From Bernardetia sp. ABR2-2B (lineage in GTDB: Bacteria > Bacteroidota > Bacteroidia > Cytophagales > Bernardetiaceae), in assembly GCF_037126435.1 (NCBI RefSeq), contig NZ_CP147020.1:1843293-1907292 (forward strand): DNA of 64,000 bases. Direction: 5' to 3'. Positions 60,662 to 64,000 of the stretch are shown here, in pieces. The stretch's first letter is position 1. Each line of letters begins with the position of its first letter. Position numbers and translations under genes: made by a program. A model generated the notes under the pieces. That model saw only the letters and a program-made list of their open reading frames with translations. It was not told where the DNA came from and did no database searches.

Positions 60662-61516
60662 TTATGGTAAAGTAATAACTCTAGTTTGATTTCCTGCTCT
60701 GAGTGTTGCTTCTTTATCACAAGCACCATTTCCATAATCTAAAGTTACTGTTGGAATATCTTGACTAGTAAACTGTATTTCTATTATTCCACTAACAGGA
60801 TAAATAATTTGTTGTGCTAGACAAACCGACTTTTTGGTAAGAGGAGTTTGGATAGTAGAAGTAAATGTAACTCCATTAGCTGTTACACCATTTGAAGTTC
60901 CTGTAATCATAAAAACATCATCTGTATAATCTGATAAAGAATCAAAACCTTCTGTCCACGTATAAAGTCTTTCAAAGGCAAGTTGAATATCTCTGTCTGG
61001 AAAACTAATCGTTCCATTTTCTAGTTGTAAATTATATTGCCACTGACCAACAGTATTTCTAGAAAAACCAGCTGTACGAAGCGTTCCGTTGAGACCATAA
61101 TCATTAACTTTATAGTTTTCGAAGGTAATAGTCAAATCATCTCTTGTCATTCTGTCTCTATCTCTATAATTGACAATTATTTTACCACTACGAGTACGTC
61201 CGTCTTGTCCTACGCAACTCGTTCCAAAATCAATCATCACTATTTTGGTCTCTTGGAAGTGTGTAATAACAGCACAACCTTCTGTACGCCCAGAGCGAGA
61301 ACCATCTACTTCCCCGTCTAAGCCATCAAGAGCTGTATTATAGGCATCGTAGAATTGTATTTCAGCAGTTTCAGTATCTTTTGAAGTTTCGAAGGCTGTT
61401 TGTGTTTCATCATCAACTACATCAGTTTCTTCTTCTTGACAAGCTGTAAGGCTAATCATCGAAACAGTAATCAAAATTGAAAAAAAATGAAGTAATTTGC
61501 TTTTTGTAAAGTCCAT
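60662..61516 (-). CDS. Hypothetical lipoprotein.
   Basis: 284-aa ORF with a signal plus lipobox (ISLTACQEEE). Confidence 0.4.
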   Translation of the reverse strand: MDFTKSKLLHFFSILITVSMISLTACQEEETDVVDDETQTAFETSKDTETAEIQFYDAYNTALDGLDGEVDGSRSGRTEGCAVITHFQETKIVMIDFGTSCVGQDGRTRSGKIIVNYRDRDRMTRDDLTITFENYKVNDYGLNGTLRTAGFSRNTVGQWQYNLQLENGTISFPDRDIQLAFERLYTWTEGFDSLSDYTDDVFMITGTSNGVTANGVTFTSTIQTPLTKKSVCLAQQIIYPVSGIIEIQFTSQDIPTVTLDYGNGACDKEATLRAGNQTRVITLP

Positions 61517-61563
61517 AATTGAATAAATTTAAAGGTAAATGAATAAAAAATTTGTTGGAGAAA

Positions 61564-62421
61564 TTAAGTCAAAATAGGTGCTAGTTTTTTACCAAAACGT
61601 TTTTCTTGTATTCTATCAAACTCCATAACATAATTAGGGTTTTCGGTTTTCATTATTCTATCCCAAAACCTAAAATAAAGTCCATAGTTTCCTCTGAATT
61701 TTTCGTGATGAAGATTGTGATAAACAGAAGTATTCATAACTTCAAAAAGCCACGAGTTTCTAAACCATTTTGGCGTAATTTCGAACCCTAAATGTCCATA
61801 TACACTAAACCAAAATGCAATGAAAGTAACAGCCAAAATAGCCAAAGGATGAGCAGGTACAATAAAAATCGTTATTGGAATAATGATAGCTTCAAGAATA
61901 GCTTCCAAAAAATGAAAAGAATAAGCTGCCCAAGGCGACGGATTAATAGATTGGTGATGAATACGGTGAATACGCTTAAATAATTTGGGAGAATGAATGG
62001 TTTTATGCATCCAGTAAAAGTAAGTATCTTGAATAGCAAGAATCAACAAAACGCTTACAGGAAGCCACCACAACGGAAAATCAGAAGTATTTGTATAAAT
62101 CTGTGAATAGCTTCCCAACGGAGAATAAATAAAACCAAAACCAATTATTCCGAAGATAAGTGTGGAGAAAACAGAGTGTTTTATTTCTCTCAAAAAATCT
62201 TTCTTTTTAGCAAGATGAGATTGAATTTTGTTATTCAAAAATTGATTATAAAATAATTTATAGACAATCAAAAACGCAACTCCTGCAAAAACAAAATATC
62301 GAATCAAATTACTAATAAGAGGTAAATAAGGCGAAAAATGAAAAGAGTAATTTTCCATAGTGGTATTTGTTTTAGAATTTGTAAAATTATCCAAATAGTT
62401 CAAAACCAAAATGTAATTCAT
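61564..62421 (-). CDS. Sterol desaturase / fatty acid hydroxylase family membrane protein.
   Basis: 285-aa ORF with histidine-box motifs (HKTIHSPKLFKRIHRIHHQS; HNLHHE) and TM helices. Confidence 0.7.
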   Translation of the reverse strand: MNYILVLNYLDNFTNSKTNTTMENYSFHFSPYLPLISNLIRYFVFAGVAFLIVYKLFYNQFLNNKIQSHLAKKKDFLREIKHSVFSTLIFGIIGFGFIYSPLGSYSQIYTNTSDFPLWWLPVSVLLILAIQDTYFYWMHKTIHSPKLFKRIHRIHHQSINPSPWAAYSFHFLEAILEAIIIPITIFIVPAHPLAILAVTFIAFWFSVYGHLGFEITPKWFRNSWLFEVMNTSVYHNLHHEKFRGNYGLYFRFWDRIMKTENPNYVMEFDRIQEKRFGKKLAPILT

Positions 62422-62507
62422 TGATTGTGAAGTATTTTATTTATACAAATATACTATACAAACTACCTGTTAGAGATTAACAAAAGATAAGTAATGAAAA
62501 AACGTAC

Positions 62508-63110
62508 TTATTTTTTTTGTGCTTTTGTGGCAATTCTTTTTCTGATTCTTGAAAGTGAAACAGGTGTCATTCCTAAAATAGTTGCAATGTATTTATCGGG
62601 AAGACGATTGACAATATTGGGCTTTGCTTTCACAAATTCGATATACCGTTCTTCTGGCGAATAAAGTGTAAATGATTCTATTCTTTCAAAGACTTCTTGT
62701 AAAATATTCAATAAAAAATGCCTTCTCCCTTGTTCTAATTTTGGATTTTTTTCTAAAATTCGTTGTGCCACATCATAATCTATTACTAGAAGTTCCGTTT
62801 TTTCTATGGCTTGATAATAAAAACGAGCAGGACGATTATAAAGAATAACATCATAAGAAGTAATAAATTGGTCTTCCCAGCGCACCAAAGTAGTGATTTC
62901 ATCTCCTTTTTCATTGACCATAAAACAACGGATTAGCCCCTTTCTTATATACGCTAATTGTCTCTTTTGTTCTCCTTCTTTTATAAAATACTCTGAAATA
63001 TCAAGTTTTTTAAGGCTTGTATTTGCAAAAACTTCTTTTAAGTCTTGAAGTTCTAAACCTTTAAAGATTCCAAAATAATGATTTAGTTTTTCTAAGTCTA
63101 TCATATCCAA
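62508..63110 (-). CDS. Crp/Fnr-family transcriptional regulator.
   Basis: 200-aa ORF with an N-terminal cNMP-binding-like beta-roll and a C-terminal HTH (DKYIATILGMTPVSLSRIRKR). Confidence 0.7.
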   Translation of the reverse strand: MDMIDLEKLNHYFGIFKGLELQDLKEVFANTSLKKLDISEYFIKEGEQKRQLAYIRKGLIRCFMVNEKGDEITTLVRWEDQFITSYDVILYNRPARFYYQAIEKTELLVIDYDVAQRILEKNPKLEQGRRHFLLNILQEVFERIESFTLYSPEERYIEFVKAKPNIVNRLPDKYIATILGMTPVSLSRIRKRIATKAQKK

Positions 63111-63152
63111 TAAGTATTTAAAAACTACTGAAAACGTTTTTTAAAGAACAAA

Positions 63153-63479
63153 TTACAAAATCTCTACCCAAATATTTTTATCACACACAGCCTTGCGAAG
63201 TGGCTTTAGCTCATTGAAAGTTCCTGTTGTAATCGTCGAATGTCCTTTTGTATTGGCTTCTGTTACAACATCAAAAGCATCTCCAGAGGAAAGTTTACAT
63301 ACATTTATAATCGTTTTGATAATATAGTCTAATTCATTTTTTTTATCTTTAAAAAGTACCAACTCACGTTCTAGGGAAGCATCTAATTGCTCTTCTGAAT
63401 CAGAAAGAGTTTCAATTAATGTTTCTGTAAGTTGTTTTCTTTGAGGAATTAATTTTTGGTTGGCGTATATAGTTTGCAT
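63153..63479 (-). CDS. clpS: ATP-dependent Clp protease adaptor ClpS-like protein.
   Basis: 108-aa ORF. The core LVLFKDKKNELDYIIKTIINVC...TEANTKGHSTITTGTFNE fits the ClpS fold pattern. Confidence 0.55.
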   Translation of the reverse strand: MQTIYANQKLIPQRKQLTETLIETLSDSEEQLDASLERELVLFKDKKNELDYIIKTIINVCKLSSGDAFDVVTEANTKGHSTITTGTFNELKPLRKAVCDKNIWVEIL

Positions 63480-63610
63480 AATTATATTTTATTTTGATTC
63501 TGTATATTGATAAATATTCTATTTATAAATAATGTTTGAGATAGAATAAAGTTTAAGCTATTTTTGTGAGAGTTCTATAAAATGGAATATATTATTTCGT
63601 GATTTTTAAT

Positions 63611-63633
63611 TTTTAATTCGTAATTCGTAATTG
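63611..63633 (+). repeat. Heptamer motif tttaattcgtaattcgtaattga ending 3 bp before the GT2 start codon.
   Basis: Identical to 58197-58219. Confidence 0.8.
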
Positions 63634-63636
63634 AGT

Positions 63637-64000
63637 ATGTTAAGTGTCGTAATGCCTGTTTTTAATGGAGAAAAATTTCTCAAAATGGCTATTGAAAGTA
63701 TTTTGAATCAAACTTATACGGATTTTGAGTTAGTCATTATTAACGATGGCTCAACTGATAAGAGCGCAGAAATAATCAATTCCTATCAAGATAAGCGCAT
63801 TCATTTTTTAGAAAATGATGGTAACAAAGGTATTTTTTATACAAGAAATAGGCTTTTTGAAGAAGCTCAAGGAAAGTATATTGCTATTTTGGATTGTGAT
63901 GATTATGCAGAACCAACACGATTAGAAAAACAAGTTCATTTTTTAGATAAAAATAATGAGTTTGGTTTGGTAGGCTCTTGGATTACCCTTATTGATGATG
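63637..64000 (+). CDS. Glycosyltransferase family 2 protein (partial; continues beyond the window).
   Basis: MLSVVMPVFNGEKFLKMAIESILNQTYTDFELVIINDGSTD...ILDCDD. This has the GT2 N-terminal DxD-type fold signature. Confidence 0.7.
   Translation, partial: MLSVVMPVFNGEKFLKMAIESILNQTYTDFELVIINDGSTDKSAEIINSYQDKRIHFLENDGNKGIFYTRNRLFEEAQGKYIAILDCDDYAEPTRLEKQVHFLDKNNEFGLVGSWITLIDD

Overview
This is a low-GC chromosomal segment whose gene content and AT-rich heptamer repeats suggest Bacteroidetes, possibly a Cytophaga/Flexibacter-like organism. I cannot verify the taxon from the sequence. Housekeeping genes I recognise are rpoC, clpP, rny, rpe, recR, pyrB, dinB, nrdB, nadK, an ECF sigma/anti-sigma pair, clpS, pspA and a PolX polymerase. 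Between them lie accessory elements: two IS4-family insertion sequences (one carrying an in-frame amber stop and inserted exactly into a palindromic repeat core), a HigB/HigA toxin-antitoxin pair, a solitary C5-cytosine methyltransferase fused to a ~370-aa uncharacterised C-terminal domain, an orphan EgtB-like sulfoxide synthase, and a giant VIT-vWA-Plug-TPR-DUF2135 secreted protein. The most unusual signal is two families of structured interspersed repeats, which I call R1 (~145 bp with a palindromic core) and R2 (~150 bp with a 10-bp-stem hairpin). At three separate loci they bracket small ORFan genes in a cassette-like arrangement. One of these loci sits between rpoC and the position where rpoB would be expected, so rpoC is uncoupled from rpoB and is instead preceded by a repeat-delimited island encoding 54-aa, 143-aa and 980-aa proteins I cannot place in any family. 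Short heptamer tandem repeats, (GTAATTC)n and a CAGTTACCAGT element, recur immediately next to start and stop codons of unrelated genes. Several ORF-track start coordinates (276..3575, 31610, 58216) correspond to TTG rather than ATG codons; where an internal ATG is more plausible I note it. I found no CRISPR array, rRNA or convincing tRNA.
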